From Cyanophora paradoxa CCMP329 (Eukaryota > Plantae > Glaucophyta), in NCBI GenBank assembly GCA_004431415.1, contig QPMI01000255.1, positions 40,641 through 104,640 on the forward strand: 64,000 bases of DNA. The letters run 5' to 3'. The stretch's first letter is position 1. The number at the start of each line of letters is the position of its first letter. Below the pieces are notes generated by a model. That model searched no databases. It had not been told where the DNA came from and was given only the letters and a program-made list of their open reading frames with translations. The position numbers were made by a program, and so were the translations under genes. This document shows positions 51,748 to 64,000 of this stretch, piece by piece.

Positions 51748-54270
51748 ATGCAGGACGCGCTCCGGTCCCTACTGCCCGGCGTGCGGCGGAAGCGCGATGA
51801 GCCCGGCAGCGCGCTAATTGATGCGCTGAAAGGAAAGCCTACCTCAGCATCGCCCCCTCCCGATCACGATGACGGCGGTGGTGCGTGAGCCCGGCCGTAT
51901 GCGCTAGCGGCGCAGGCGCCGATCCGCGTGCTCAGCCGGACCGTCCAACCCCATCAAGCGCAAGCGCGTCGAGACGAGCGAGGTGGGCTCCACGACGGAG
52001 GTGCGTTCGAGTTCGGCCGCGTCGTTGACGTCGCTTAGCTCCTCGGTTCGCCGCGTACAGCTGCCAGGGAGGGTGCGGCACAGGAACAAGATCCACGTGA
52101 AGGGATCGGATGTGCCAGACCCGATCCAGAACTTCTCGGAGCTGCCGTGCGCAACACCTGATGCGTGGTCCTGCTTGCCCTGACCGGCGGCGGCGGGCGT
52201 AGGTTCAAATGCGCGCACTTCCTGGCGCGTGCGGGGTTCCAGACGCCAACGGCGGTCCAGATGCAGGCGATCCCGATCGTGCTCGCGGTGCGCGCCGTGC
52301 CGCACCACCCGCCCGGGCGCGGGGCGAGCGGCTCGGCGCGCAGGGGCGCGACGTGATCGCGTGCGCGCCGACGGGGTCGGGGAAGACGTTGGCGTTCGCG
52401 CTGCCCATCCTGGGCCGGCTGGCGGAGACGGGCCAGACGGGGACGGGCTTCCGGGCGGTGGTGGTCTCGCCGACGCGCGAGCTCGCGCAGCAGATCTACC
52501 GCGAGTTCAAGCGGCTGCGCGCCGGCGCCAAGTACAAGCTGCGCATCGCCATGCTCACCGCCAAGCCCGCCGCCGCCAAGAAGCGCTTCGACCCCGACTC
52601 GGAGACCAAGTTCGGCGCGCCGCCGCACCCCGGCCGGCGCCGCGCCCCGCGGGAGCGCTGACGCTGACGGCGGCGCGCAGACGTGCTGATCACGACGCCG
52701 CTGCGTCTGCAAGCGATGATCAAGGAGGAGTCGATCGACCTCTCGCTGTGCGGCCGCCGCCCGCGCCGCTGCTCCGGGGTGCGAGGGGGAGCGGGGCGGG
52801 GGGCAGGGTGGAGCACCTGGTGCTGGACGAGGCGGACAAGCTGCTGGAGCTGGGCTTCCTGGAGCAGGTGGACGAGATCGTGGCGGCGTGCGGGGGCGGC
52901 AAGCCGTCCGTCCAGCGCTGCCTCTTCTCCGCCACCATGCCCCCACAGATCGAGGAGGTCGCCCGCTCCGGTGCCCCCCGCCTCCCCCACGCGCACCCTC
53001 CGCGTCCCCCTCGGCGACGGCGGGGCGCGCAGTGCTCGTGGACCCCATCAACGTCACCATCGGCGTGAGGCGCGGCCCGGCGGGGTGGCGGCGGCGGCGG
53101 GGCGCAGCTGACGGGGCGCAGGAACGCGACGGCGGAGACGGTGCGGCAGCGGCTGGTCTTCTGCGGCAACGAGCACGGCAAGCTCCTCGCCTGCAGGCAG
53201 CTCCTGCGCGAGGCCCGCCCCGCCCCGCCCCCGCACCCGCCCCGCCCGCCTCCGCGGCCGGGGGACGTGACGTGACGGCGGGGGCGCAGGGCGTGAAGCC
53301 GCCGGTGCTGATCTTCGTGCAGTCGAAGGAGCGCGCCGTGCAGCTCCTCAACGAGCTCGTGCGCCGCCCCCGCCCCGCCGCCCCCGCCCGCCCCCGAGGC
53401 GAGGCGCGCCGCAGCGCCTGGAGGGCATCCGCGTCGAGGCGATCCACTCAGACCTACCCCAGCACAAGGCGAGCCGGTCCTGCCACCCCGCCTTGCCGCT
53501 TGCCGCGGGAGGCGAGGCGGCGGGGCGGGCGCAGCGCAACGAGGTGGTCAAGCGATTCCGGAGCGGGAGCGTGTGGGTGCTGATCGCCACGGACCTGCTG
53601 GCGCGGGGCATGGACTTCAAGGGCGTCAACTGCGTCGTCAACTACGACATGCCCCAGTCCGTCCCCGCCTACATCCACCGCATCGGCCCGTCCCCGCCCC
53701 GCCCCGCCCCGCCCCGCCCGCACCTCCCGCTCGGCGGCTGAACGTGGCGGCGGGGGCAGGGCGGAGCGGGCGGGCGGGGCGGCAGGGGGAGGCGGTGACG
53801 CTGTACACGGAGTTCGACCGCGACTTCCTGCGCTCGCTGGCGAACGTGATCTCGATCTCGGGCGGGGATGTCCCCGAGTGGATGCGCGCCCTCCGCAAGA
53901 TGTCCAAGAAGGAGCGCAAGTGGCTGGAGAAGCACGCCCCGCACCGCCCCGCCATCAACGCGCCCCCCAACATGCGCCTCTCCAAGTACCTCCGCAAGCG
54001 GTCCGCCCCCGCCCCGCGCCCCGCGCCCCACGCCGGCCCTCCCGGTCCCCGCCCACTCTCCCGCAGCGAGGCCGAGGAGGCCGCCGCCGCCGCCGAGGCG
54101 GAGGCGGGGGACGAGGAGGAGCAGGGTGCGCTGAGCTCGAGGCGGGGATGGGGTCTTGGGGGCGGCGGGTGACGGGGCCGGCAGCGGCGGCGCACGGGGA
54201 CGAGGCGGAGAGCGGGTCGGACGCGGAGGGGAGCGACGGCGAGGGGATGGAGGAGGGCGACGACGAGTAG
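51748..54270 (+). CDS. DDX52: DEAD-box RNA helicase DDX52/ROK1
   Basis: [89 protein letters not shown]|GRSGRAGR. The [13 protein letters not shown] and RGMDFKGV motifs are Rok1-specific. Acidic tail. Confidence 0.93.
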
Positions 54271-54401
54271 GAGGACGACGAGTAGCGCAGGCGCACGTAG
54301 CGCGGCCATTCAATTCGTCAGAGAGAACGCTGGCGGGGCGGGGCGGGGGGAAGGGGGGGTAGGGCAGGGGGGGGGGGGGGTGGGGGGAAGGCTGCGGGGC
54401 G

Positions 54402-55291
54402 CTACTGGAGGAGGCGGCGCTTGAGGAGGGCGAGGAGCTCGGGGAAGCGGGCGTCGCAGAAGTGGCCGCGCCCCTCGAGCTCCTCGTACGCGTACTCGGC
54501 CGGCTCGCCGGCGCCCGGCACGGGCGGCTCGGCGGTGGCGGCGCGCAGCGAGTCGCGCACGTGGTGGTGCTCCTCCAGCGGGATCGCCCAGTCGTCCCCG
54601 CTCGCGTACTGCTGGATCCACCCCGCGTTCCGCCGGATCAGGTTCTGCACGCCGCGCGGCCGCCCCGCCGCGTCGGACCCCGCGAGCGGCTGCAGCGCGG
54701 GGCGGGGCGGGAGGGCACCCACTGCCAGGGGCGGGAGTAGTAGCCGGAGGCGCGCTCGTTGGCGCTGCCGAGGTCGGTCCAGCAGGCGGCGACGAGGACG
54801 GCGCCGGCGAGGCGCTGCTTCTCGAGGAGGCGCATCGCCGCCTCTGCCCCCGACGAGTGCCCGACGAGCACCGTGTGCTCGTCCGCCCCCAGCGACTCCA
54901 CGATGAACGGGAGCCAGACCTCCTCCCGCTGCCCGCCCCGCGAGCCCCGAGCCCCCGTCGGCGCCCCGTGCTACGCATGCAGACTGACGCCAGGACGCGC
55001 GCGCACGGCAGTGATCGGATCGGGCATGTTCTCGAGGTTCGCGGGGATGCCAGCCTGCTTCAGCTGTCGTTGCAGCCAACCGTACCTGTCGAAGTGCCGG
55101 CTGAGCTCAGGCATCTGGCGATGCGGTCGTTGGATAGCGCTTAGCGCGAACGCACCAGTTTGCCAGGGTCACGTCGCCGTCTCCGTTGCTGAGCCGCGGC
55201 GGCCGATCAGACGGCTCACTGAGCTCACAACGACAGCGTTAGCGCACCCAGGCACAATCACTACTTTGCTCTTCGGATCGCGCAGCGACAT
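54402..55291 (-). CDS. RBBP9: RBBP9/YdeN-family alpha/beta serine hydrolase
   Basis: KVVIVPG|NG, NW|YGWL, NMPDPITA, VWLPFI, LVGHSSGA (nucleophile), SGYYSRPWQW, QYASGDDWAIP, GRGHF. Confidence 0.92.
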
Positions 55292-55706
55292 CGCGAGCGG
55301 TCAATCCGATGATCTTTGGAGCCTGAGGTCGCTCGAGTTCGCGCGCAGGGTCGCGCGCGGGGTATTCAATTCGTTACCGGGCCGGGGCCGGGCCATGCGC
55401 GTTACCGTCCATGCGCGCGCGCGAACACTTTACATATACACGCGGCCCAAGCCGGGCCCGAGCCTGAGCCCGACTCTAAATGCCGCCCGAGCGCTAGCTC
55501 CCTGCAGCTGCCTGCCAGGGCCGCCACTTGCTGACTGCCCGAGCAACAACCCCTCCGGATCCGTGCACGTGACAGGCTGATTTAATTTACGACGCAGAGA
55601 CCAGGTCTAGGAGGCCTCAACGCAATGGGGGTCTGCTCCCAGCGCATCCGCGAAAGTTGCGTGAGATCTAGAGCCGGCCCGCGGGATCCGGAGGCTTGAT
55701 CTCAGT

Positions 55707-57620
55707 CTAGTATCCGCCTGCGCCCCGGCCCCGCATTGTGAGCCGCGCAGGTTGCTGAAGAAATGGTGGTACATGGCTCACTCTGGTAGCCCGTGCCGCT
55801 GGTCGGGGCGTAGGGGCGGTCGTAGCCGTAGCCTGCCCCTGCGAATTCAGGTCAATGAAAGATGACACTCAGTGACTGCATGCCACGGTAAGGCGCGCGC
55901 GCTATTTGACTCGAGCGGAGAGCGGGAAGGCGGGGCGCACCGCTGGTGGGGATGCCGCGACCGCCCTGCCAGCCCTCGCCCAGCCGGCCCTCCCCGCCGC
56001 TGGTCGGGGCGTAGGGGCGGTCGTAGCCGTATCCTGCCCCTGCGAATTCAGGTCAATGATAGCATCAAGATGCCAGTGCATGCCACAGAAAGGCGCGCGC
56101 GCGCGCTTTTTAACTCGAGCGGAGGGCTGGAGGGCGGGGCGCACCGCTGGTGGGGATGCCACGGCCGCCCTCCCGGCCCTCGCCCTGCCAGCCCTCCCCG
56201 CCGCTGGTCGGGGCGTAGGGGCGGTCGTAGCCGTATCCTGCCCCTGCGAATTCAGGTCAATGATAGCATCAAGATGCCAGTGCATGCCACAGAAAGGCGC
56301 GCGCGCGCGCTTTTTAACTCGAGCGGAGGGCTGGAGGGCGGGGCGCACCGCTGGTGGGGATGCCACGGCCGCCCTCCCGGCCCTCGCCCTGCCAGCCCTC
56401 CCCGCCGAACTGGCCCCCGCCCCAGCGGTCGCCCTGCCCGCCGACCTGGCTCCCGCCCCAGCGCTCGCCCTGGCCATACTGCCACCCCTGGTACTCCCGC
56501 GGGCCGTACTGGCCGCCGGAGCCGCCGTAGAACTCGCGCTCGTACTTGGGCCCCGAGGTGTATGGGCCTGCGAGATTGATTCGTGGATTCGCAAGCCACG
56601 AGCCAACTAAAGATTTGGGATGCGGCAGGCGCGAACCGTAGGTGTGAGTGACGCCGGTCCTGTAGGTCGAGCCGCCGTAAATCGGAGAAGAGTAGGACGC
56701 AGGGGTCGCATAGGACGTCGTCGTCCCGTACGTTTGCCCGAGCCCGCCCGTCTGCCCGAGCCCGCCCGTCTGCCCGAGCCCGCCCGTCTGTGCGCCGCAA
56801 AAGAAGCGATCAGTCTTTTGAGAAGCGCAGGTGGACGCGATTCCGAGACGCACGTATGCGCCGCCCTGGTGGGATCCAGTGCCGAAACGCGAGCCGCCAT
56901 AGCCACCTCCAGCGAGAGGATACCCGGCGTTCATTGCCGCCTGTGCCTGCAAAGAAAGTTTCGGAAGCTGAAGCAGAAGCGCAGCTGCAGCACAAGGCAG
57001 AATCCCCTCGCACCTCGACGGAGTCATTGACCTCGAGGTTGGGACGGATCTTCGAGCCGCCGCCGAAGAGGCCCCCCAGGAACCCCTTCTTCTGCTGCGC
57101 GCACGAGGCGCGGGTTAATGTGCGCTGGGCAAGAGCGGAGCACGAGCTCGAGCTCACCTGCCCGGCGCCAGTCGACGTCGTCCCAGTGGTCGCGGTAGTC
57201 GTCATCGGCTGCTGGACACAGACAGGCAGCTCGCGAAAATAGAGCGGCTGCCGGGAAAATCAGCCGTGCGCGGCCGTGCGGGCAGGGAGGGGCACCTGTT
57301 CCCGTTGGTAGGTGGGCGTTCCGGTCGACGTGCCGAAGCCGGAGGTGCCGTATCCCGTCGTGCCGCTGCCCATCATGCCCTGAGCCTGCGGGAGAAGTCA
57401 GGGGGGCGCGTTCGGCCGCTCTCGTGCAAAACGGACCTCCTCGCGCCTGTAAAACCCGCTGCCCATCGTGCTCGCGCCAGTTGTTCCGGTCTTGCCGGAT
57501 CCCGTCGACGTGCCGAGCCCCGAAGTCTGCCGAGAGCCGGCCGCGGCGCGCGCGACGGGAGAAGTCAGACGAGGCGGCGCGCTCCGGCGCGCTCGCGCAA
57601 AAACCCGGACTTGCCTGCAT
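55707..57620 (-). CDS. Gly/Thr/Tyr-rich, probably intrinsically disordered hydrophilin-like protein built from many small exons
   Basis: MQ|TSGLGTSTGSGKTG..|KKGFLGGLFGGGSK..|(TGGLGQ)x3..|repeated GAGYGYDRPYAPTSGGEG..GGRGIPTS|..YQS|GY-stop. The junctions I traced keep frame using GT/GC-AG sites. Confidence 0.7.
55795..56406 (-). repeat. Three tandem 201-204 bp intron+exon units
   Basis: Introns 56244-56348, 56040-56144 and 55839-55940. 99-nt phase-1/1 exons at 56145-56243 and 55941-56039. Confidence 0.92.
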
Positions 57621-57817
57621 GTTGCCAAGTGCTGGAGTTTCCTGTTCGGGGGCCAGAACGTGAGGGGCGCGGCGAGAGAGGCCGCGGGACGGGAGAACAG
57701 CGAGGCAGATGCGGAGAAGCGAGCGTCGCAGAAGATCGGGATTAAATCGAAGTTCCGCGCGCGCGCGCGACGCGCGGCCGGGAGCGGGGCGACGCACGAT
57801 CGAAGCAAGAAGCGGCC

Positions 57818-57880
57818 GGTCGAACTGGGTACAATTTCTGGTCGAACTGGGTACTCAATCGAAACGAGGGGGAGGGGTAC
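57818..57880 (+). promoter_or_regulatory. Direct repeat GGTCGAACTGGGTAC x2 plus a third GGGTAC in the divergent promoter upstream of PRKDC
   Basis: Repeat copies at 57818-57832 and 57840-57854, with GGGTAC at 57875-57880. A regulatory role is inferred. Confidence 0.4.
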
Positions 57881-57910
57881 GGTCGCAGAGACGAGCAAGC
57901 CGTCCTAGCG

Positions 57911-60900
57911 ATGGAGCGCCTGGACGAGGCGCTCGACGAGTTCAAAACTGGGCTCAATGGTGCGCTGAGCCGACGCGCCCCGCTCCACACCGCCGGCGCT
58001 CAGGGGAATGCTCGTTTCCCTGCAGCGAGCGCGCTCGACGGCGTCATCGAGATCGTCAAGGATGCTAAGTCCGAGGAGCAACTACGTGCGACGCGGCTCT
58101 CGCGGGGAAACCCGCCTTCGCGCGCCGACCCTGCTCGCATCGCCCGCAGTTCTGTACGCGAACGCCATTCTCGGCGGACAGAGTAAACTCCTCGAAGCCC
58201 TCTTGGTGGAAGCGTCGAAGAAGGTGCGCGAGAAGCGGCATCGGCTGCCTGCGCATGCTGCGGCCGAAGGCCACAGGCTCTAGGCTCTGCCCGCAGCTGC
58301 ACGTGGGCGCGTCGTCGCGGGCGCATCGTACGCAGGTACCGACGCGGAGCGCAGGGCGGGAAGGACACGAGGGAGGGGAAGAAGCGCGGCTACGAGACGC
58401 TGATGGCGGTCCTCGGCGCCCTGGGGCCCCGCGCCGCTCTCTTCGCCCCCGGGCTCGCGGTGCGGGCCCCCGCCGCCCGCCCGGGGAGCCCTCGCCCCTC
58501 ACGAGGTGCGGGGCGGGCAGCGGCGGCTGCGGGCGACGCTGTGGCGGGAGACGGATGCGGGGGCGGCGGAGGGGCTTCTGGAGGTGATGGAGGCGGCGCT
58601 GCGCCTGCCGCCCCCGGGCGGGGAGGGCCTGGACCGCTGGGCCGAGAGCCTCCAAGTCGAGGAGCTCGGTGAGCACGCCCCGCCCCGCCCCGCCCCGCCC
58701 CGCCCCGCCGCCGCCCTGGGCGAGGCCGGCCGCAGCGAACGATTGCCTCGTGAACTACTCGAAGGGGCAGCGATCCCAGACCGGTACCCCCGCCCCCCCC
58801 TCCCCCCCGGGGCCCCGGACGAGTGGCGCGCAGTGAAGGGCCGCCTCCTGGCGCTGCTGGGGGCGCTGGCGGAGGTGTACCCCGGCAAGATGAGCCTGGA
58901 TAAGCGGGACAAGCGCATCGGCGAGCGGATCCTCTCTGAGCTGCGGTGCGGGCGGCGCCGGTCCTGCCGCCGCGCCGCCTCACGCTGCGCAGCGTCGAGA
59001 TGCCGAAGCTGCGGGACGTGCACGGGCGGCCCCAGATGCAGGTGGCCGCCTCGCCCCCCCCCCCCTCTCCCCCCCCCTCCGCCCCTCCCCCCTCCCCCCC
59101 CCCCCTCCCCCCCGCCCCCGCCCCCGCCGCCGGCCGGCGGGCGCCCAAGGGCGGCAGATTATGGCGGGGGCGATGATGGGCCTGAGCGCCTACTTGGCGA
59201 ACTTCAGCGACGAGCTCGAGAAGCCCGGTGCGGGGGCCCGCAGCCGGCCGGGGGGCCCTGGCCGACGCCGGGGGCAGCGTCGCCGCTGGCGGACGAGGTG
59301 TACGCGTGGGTCATGCAGGCGGTCGAGCGGGCGCTGGAGGAGACGCCGCAGCGCTACGCCCTCCCCCGGGGCGCCCTCGCCATCCTCCGCCGCCACGCAG
59401 GGCTCTTCGGGCGGCAGCTGGTGGCGGACTTCGGAACCCTGCTGCGCTCCCTCGCCGCCCTCTGCAAGCACAAGAACGCCGACCTCCGGCGCGAGGCGAC
59501 CGGCGCCGCCGAGGCCTTTCTGCGCGAGGCCTGCGCCGGCATGGAGCCCTCGGCGGGGCCCGAGGCGGCGCGCTCGTACCGGCTGCTGCTGCGGGTCACG
59601 CTGGAGCAGCTGCAGGCGGCGGCGGTGACGGGGGACACGCACGTGGCGGTGCTGGCGGCGGAGGCGCTGGCGGGGCCCGTCGCGCGCTTCGCGGGGGCGG
59701 AGGACGTGGGGAAGCTGCTGGAGCGGGTGCTGGCCTTCTCGGAGCGGCTGCACCGCGGGGGCGCCGAGGAGCAGGAGGAGATGCTCCCCTTCCTCGCCCC
59801 GCTCCTGCGCGCCGCCGCCGCCCTCCTCCACGAGCTCCCCGCCGCCCCCGCCGCCCTCGGGCCCCTCCAGCGCCTCTTCGCCGCCGTCTTCCTCGCCTAC
59901 CCGCGCCTCTTCGGCCGCCAGCAGAGCGCGCTGCGCGCCGCCCTCCACATGTTCCTCGCCGCCCTCCACGCCAAGGGCTCCGCCCTCCGCGCCCTCCTCT
60001 CCGACACCCGCGCGCCCCGCCCCGCTCTGCCCCGCCGCCGCCGCCGCTGAGGCCCCGCAGTGTTCCAGGCGCTGGTGCTCACCGTCTCGAGCGACGGGCA
60101 GGGGGCGGGCCGCTACCGGGCAGCGCCGGCCGGGGTCGCGGACACCCTCGAGTTCGACGTCCCCGTGCGCCCTGCCGCCGCCTCCCTCCTCCGCGGGGCC
60201 TGAGCCGGCGCAGGCGTACTGGCGGATCTACCAGGAGCTGTGGGGCTCGCTGCTGGGGGGGCGCCTGGAGGAGGCGGACGGGCGGGTGCTGGCGGGGGCG
60301 GGGCGGCGGGAGGAGGTGGCGGCGGCCGTGTACGACGAGTTCATGGAGGGGGCCGTCCTGCCCCTCCTCCGCCGCCTTGACCTCGGCTACGCCCTCGCCG
60401 ACCCCGACGCCCCCGACGAGCCCGGCCCCGGCCCCGGCCCCGCCGCCCCCGCGGGAGAGCCGCCGCCGGGCGGGGGCGGGTCGCAGGGGGAGGGCGGGGC
60501 CGGGGCGGGGCGGGAGGAGGGGAGGAGCGGGGGGTGCGGCTGGTGCCGGACGTGCCGAAGGACCACGCCCTCTTCGGCGTCCTCGTCGACCTCCTCGAGG
60601 CCCTCCTCCCCGCCCACCGCCCCGCCCTCTTCCTCCGGCCCGCCCCGCCCCGCCCCCCGCGCGCCCCGCCCTGACCCCCCGCCAGCTGGGCCCTGCCCTT
60701 CGGGCGCGAGGTTGTGGCGATGGCGCAGCGGCTTCCGCTCGTCTCGGGGCTCGACCGCCTCCTGCGGGCCGCCCTCCGCGTCCTCGACGCCACCCGCCAC
60801 TTCGAGCCCGACGGGCCGGCCCCCGACCCCGCCGCCCGCGACGTCCGCCCCCGCCCCGCACCGCAACCGCCCCGCGCCGCCCCGGGCCGCTGACGGGCGG

Positions 60901-63900
60901 CAGGGGGCGCTGGGGGTGTACGGGGCGTACCTGGAGGAGTCGTGCGTGCGGGCCGGGGCTCTGCGGGACGAGCGCCTCGTCGCCTGCCTCGAGATGCTCC
61001 TCGCCGCCCCGGCCCCCTGCCTCCGCTTCCCCGCCTTCCTCCGGCCCCTCGAGCTCGCCCTCCGCCTCGGCCCCGCCATCCACGCCCTAGCCGCCGCCGC
61101 CCTCGAGGCCCTCGAGCGCTGGCTGGACGCCACGCGCGGCGCCCCGCCGGGGCCCCGCTCCCTCCTCCACCACCTCCCCGCCCTCGCGCCGGCCCTCGAG
61201 CCCTACCTCCTCCCGGCCCCCGCCGACGAGGGCCCCGGCGGTGGCGCCGACACCGCCGCCCTCTCCGTCGCCCTCGGCTCCGGCTCGGCCCGGGGCACGC
61301 GCTCCGCGGCGGCCCTCCGGCGCCGCATGGAGGAGCGCAAGAAGCGCCTGGGCGTGCTCGCGGCGCGCGGCCAGCAGGCCCCCGAGGCGACCGCCTGGTC
61401 CGACCTCCAGCGGCGCGCCCTGCGCGTGCTGGGGCGCATGGGCGGCGACTGCCACGCCCTCGCCGGCGGCACCGACGAGGACGACGCCGCGTGCGCGCCG
61501 CCCCCCCCGCCGCGGCGCGCTGCGGGGTGAGGGGGCGGGCAGGGGGATGGAGGCGGGGGGGGCGTGGGGCGAGGAGGCGCGGGTGGCGCTGAAGCTGCCG
61601 ATGCGGGACAACAAGGTGGAGGTCTTCCTGGACGGCCTGCTCCCCGTCCTCGCCGAGCTCGCCGAGGGGGCCCCCGAGCGGGCCACCAAGGCGGCCGCCG
61701 CCGAGGCCCTCCACGCCCTCGCCGTCCACGTCGTCGCTCTCGACGCCTTCGCCTCCCTCGCCCGCCCCGCCCACGCCCACGCCTCCGCCTCCGCCCAGCC
61801 CCACGCCGAGCCGGCCCGCCCGCCCGCCCTCCCGCACCCGCCCCGCCCCGCCTGACGTCCCCGCAGAAGACGTACGAGGGGATCTACCGGCGCCTCTTCC
61901 CCGTCATCCTGCGCCTCGCCGTGGACCCCGACCAGGCGCGCCGGCCCCGCCCGCCGGGCCCCCGCCGGCCCTGACGCCGGCGCACCGGCAGGTGACGCGG
62001 ACGCTCTTCTCGAAGCTCGCCCTGCAGCTCGTCACCTGGTTCTCCCGCGACGCCCACGCGCGCCCGCCCCGGCCCCGCCCCGCCCCCGCGCCCCGCCGAC
62101 GGCCGGCAGAGCGCGGAGCTGGCGGCGGCGGCGCTGCTGGAGGCGGCCACGGAGGCGGCGTCGAGCGGGGGCGGCGGGGCGGCGGCGCTGCGCGAGTTCG
62201 GGGCGCGCTGCATCGCGGCCTTCGCGAAGTACGCGGTGCGGCACCAGGGGGCCGGGGGAACGGAGGCCGGGGCCGGGGCGGTGAAGGCGGTGGTGCGGCG
62301 GGTGGCGGCGATGCTGCGGCACCCGGACCCGCACCGGCGGGCGGGGGCGTGCCTGGCCCTCAACCACCCCGACTTCTACCGCGAGTTCCGCGAGCAGCGC
62401 GAGGCCGTCCTCCGCCACGCCCTGCCCCTCCTCCAGCACGCCCTCGCCGCCGCGCGCGCCGCCGACGGGGACGAGGCCTCGCTCGGCACCGGCCCCCTCG
62501 CCGTGGAGGCCGTCAACCACCTCGCCCGCATCGTCGTGCGCTACGCCGGCGAGCTCAAGCGCAGCCCCAAGGAGAAGAAGGCCCACGCCGAGTGGTCCGC
62601 CCTCCCGCCCTTCGTCGCCCGCCTCTTCTCCGTGCGCCCGCCCCGCCCCCCCGCCGGCCCCCGGGGCCTCACCGCGGCGGCAGGAGGACGTGGCGGCGCC
62701 CGAGCCCCGGTACCGGCACCTCTGCACCCTCATCTTCTCCCAGCTCGCCGTCCTCGACGCCCCGGGTGCGCTTTGCCGCCCCGCCCGCGCGGCCAGCGCT
62801 TAGCTGGGCGGCACGCAGGGGGCAACGCGGCGGCCTGGGTGCGCGCCTTCGAGAAGGAGCACGGGGCGGGGGCCCTCCTCCGGGCCCTCGAGGGCGCCGG
62901 CGACCTGCTCGCCGAGCGCCCGGCCGCTCCGCCGGCCCCGGAAGGCCCCGCCACGCCCGAGGCGGCGCCCTTTGCGGCGGAGGCGGCGGTGCGCTGGCTG
63001 CGCCAGCTCGCCGCCTCCTGCGAGGCGTACGCCTGGGTCAGCACCCAGGTGCGCGTCCCGGGCCTGCGGCGGGGCGGCGGCGGGGCGGCGAGCGGCGGCA
63101 GGGCTCGCGGATGTGGGGAGGCTGCTGGCGGAGCCCAAGGGCCGCCTGCTCGGCGCTGCACGCCACTTCCTCTCGACCTTCGCCCTCTGCGGCACCACCG
63201 CCGACGCTCGCCTCGCCAGGGCCGCCCCGCCGGCCCCGCCCGCGGCGCCGGAGGAAGGGCCCGTGTGGGAGGCCCGGGGGGCGGCGGCGCGGGCGCTGGT
63301 GAGGCTGCTGGTGCAGCTGGCGGAGCGGGACGCAGCGGTTCTCGCCGCGCGCTTCGCCGAGCTCGAGCCGGCCGCGGGGCCCGAGCCCGGGGCGGGCGCA
63401 AAGGGGGCCGGCGGGGGAAGCGAGGCGTGGCTGGCCCCTGAGGAGGCCCTCACTCGCCTCCTCGCCTGGGCTCTCTTCGGGGCCTCCGCCCTCGGATTAC
63501 CCCGCGAGCCCCCGCCGCCCCTCACCCGCCGCAAGACCGCCGCGCCGGCCCCGCACGCCCGCAAGGAGGAGGGCCCCAACGAGAAGGAAGCGGGCGGCGA
63601 GGAGGGCGGGCCGGCGTGGCGGGCGGCGCAGGAGCTGCGGCAACTGGCGCGGCGGCTCGTGGCGGCCCTCCCGGGGCCCTCGACGCGGCCCGCGCGGGGC
63701 GCGTGCGGGGCACGCTGGCGGCCCTCGTGCAGCGCTCCGCTTCAGCGCGGAGGCGCTGGCGGCGGCCTGCGCGGGGGGCGAGGCGGCGGCGGCGGCCGAC
63801 CTCGTGGCCGGCTACAGCGAGCTCGCCTCCGCCGGCGCCCTCGCGCCCCTCCTCGCCCCCGCCGGCCTCCCCGCCCACGCGCCGCTCCCGCGCGCCTCGC

Positions 63901-64000
63901 CGCGGCCGCGGCGGCGGTGCCGGCGGAGGCGGCGCCGGGGCGGCGGCTGCTGGCGAAGCGGCTGCTGGGGCTCGCGCTGGGGGCCGGCCTCGCCCCCGAG
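57911..64000 (+). CDS. PRKDC: DNA-dependent protein kinase catalytic subunit, N-terminal HEAT region (3' partial)
   Basis: RYALPRGALAILRRHA, LRRLDLGY, LELALRLG..LEALERW, LQRRALRVLGRMGG, AWGEE..VFLDGLLPVLAELA..RATKAAAAEALHAL, YRRLFPVILRLAVDPDQ|VTRTLF..QLVTWFS, LREFGARCI, HPDPHRRAGACLALN..YREFRE. Confidence 0.9.

Noticed and set aside
55795-56406. CRISPR-like or satellite array
   Set aside because: The units are duplicated exon+intron modules with no unique spacers, in a eukaryotic context without cas genes.

Overview
Very GC-rich, gene-dense eukaryotic nuclear DNA with many short (about 45-110 nt) spliceosomal introns. The ORF track is therefore mostly fragments and antisense shadows, and the genes below were rebuilt by hand from exon peptides and splice sites. 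In order: a giant cell-surface multi-pass membrane protein (+, 5' end outside the window), a Kelch + filamin-repeat protein (-), two copies of an F-box/LRR gene in a roughly 6 kb inverted duplication whose right arm carries a 506-bp insertion with a 12-bp target-site duplication, a putative transcription factor (-), an ankyrin-repeat protein (-), transaldolase (+), bestrophin (-), ELP3 (+), a carotenoid cleavage oxygenase (-), DDX52/ROK1 (+), an RBBP9 hydrolase (-), a Gly/Thr/Tyr-rich protein with tandemly duplicated exon-intron units (-), and the 5' part of DNA-PKcs (+). Two enzymes have N-terminal extensions with an early Phe, which suggests plastid targeting in a primary-plastid alga. A glaucophyte such as Cyanophora is my guess, not a demonstration. 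The most striking feature is the splicing architecture. Roughly 35-65% of introns in the best-resolved genes use GC donors, often degenerate (GCCCGC, GCGCGC). In addition, synonymous codon choice and intron sequence alternate between G-rich and C-rich blocks in register with splice sites: C-rich around donors, G-rich around acceptors.
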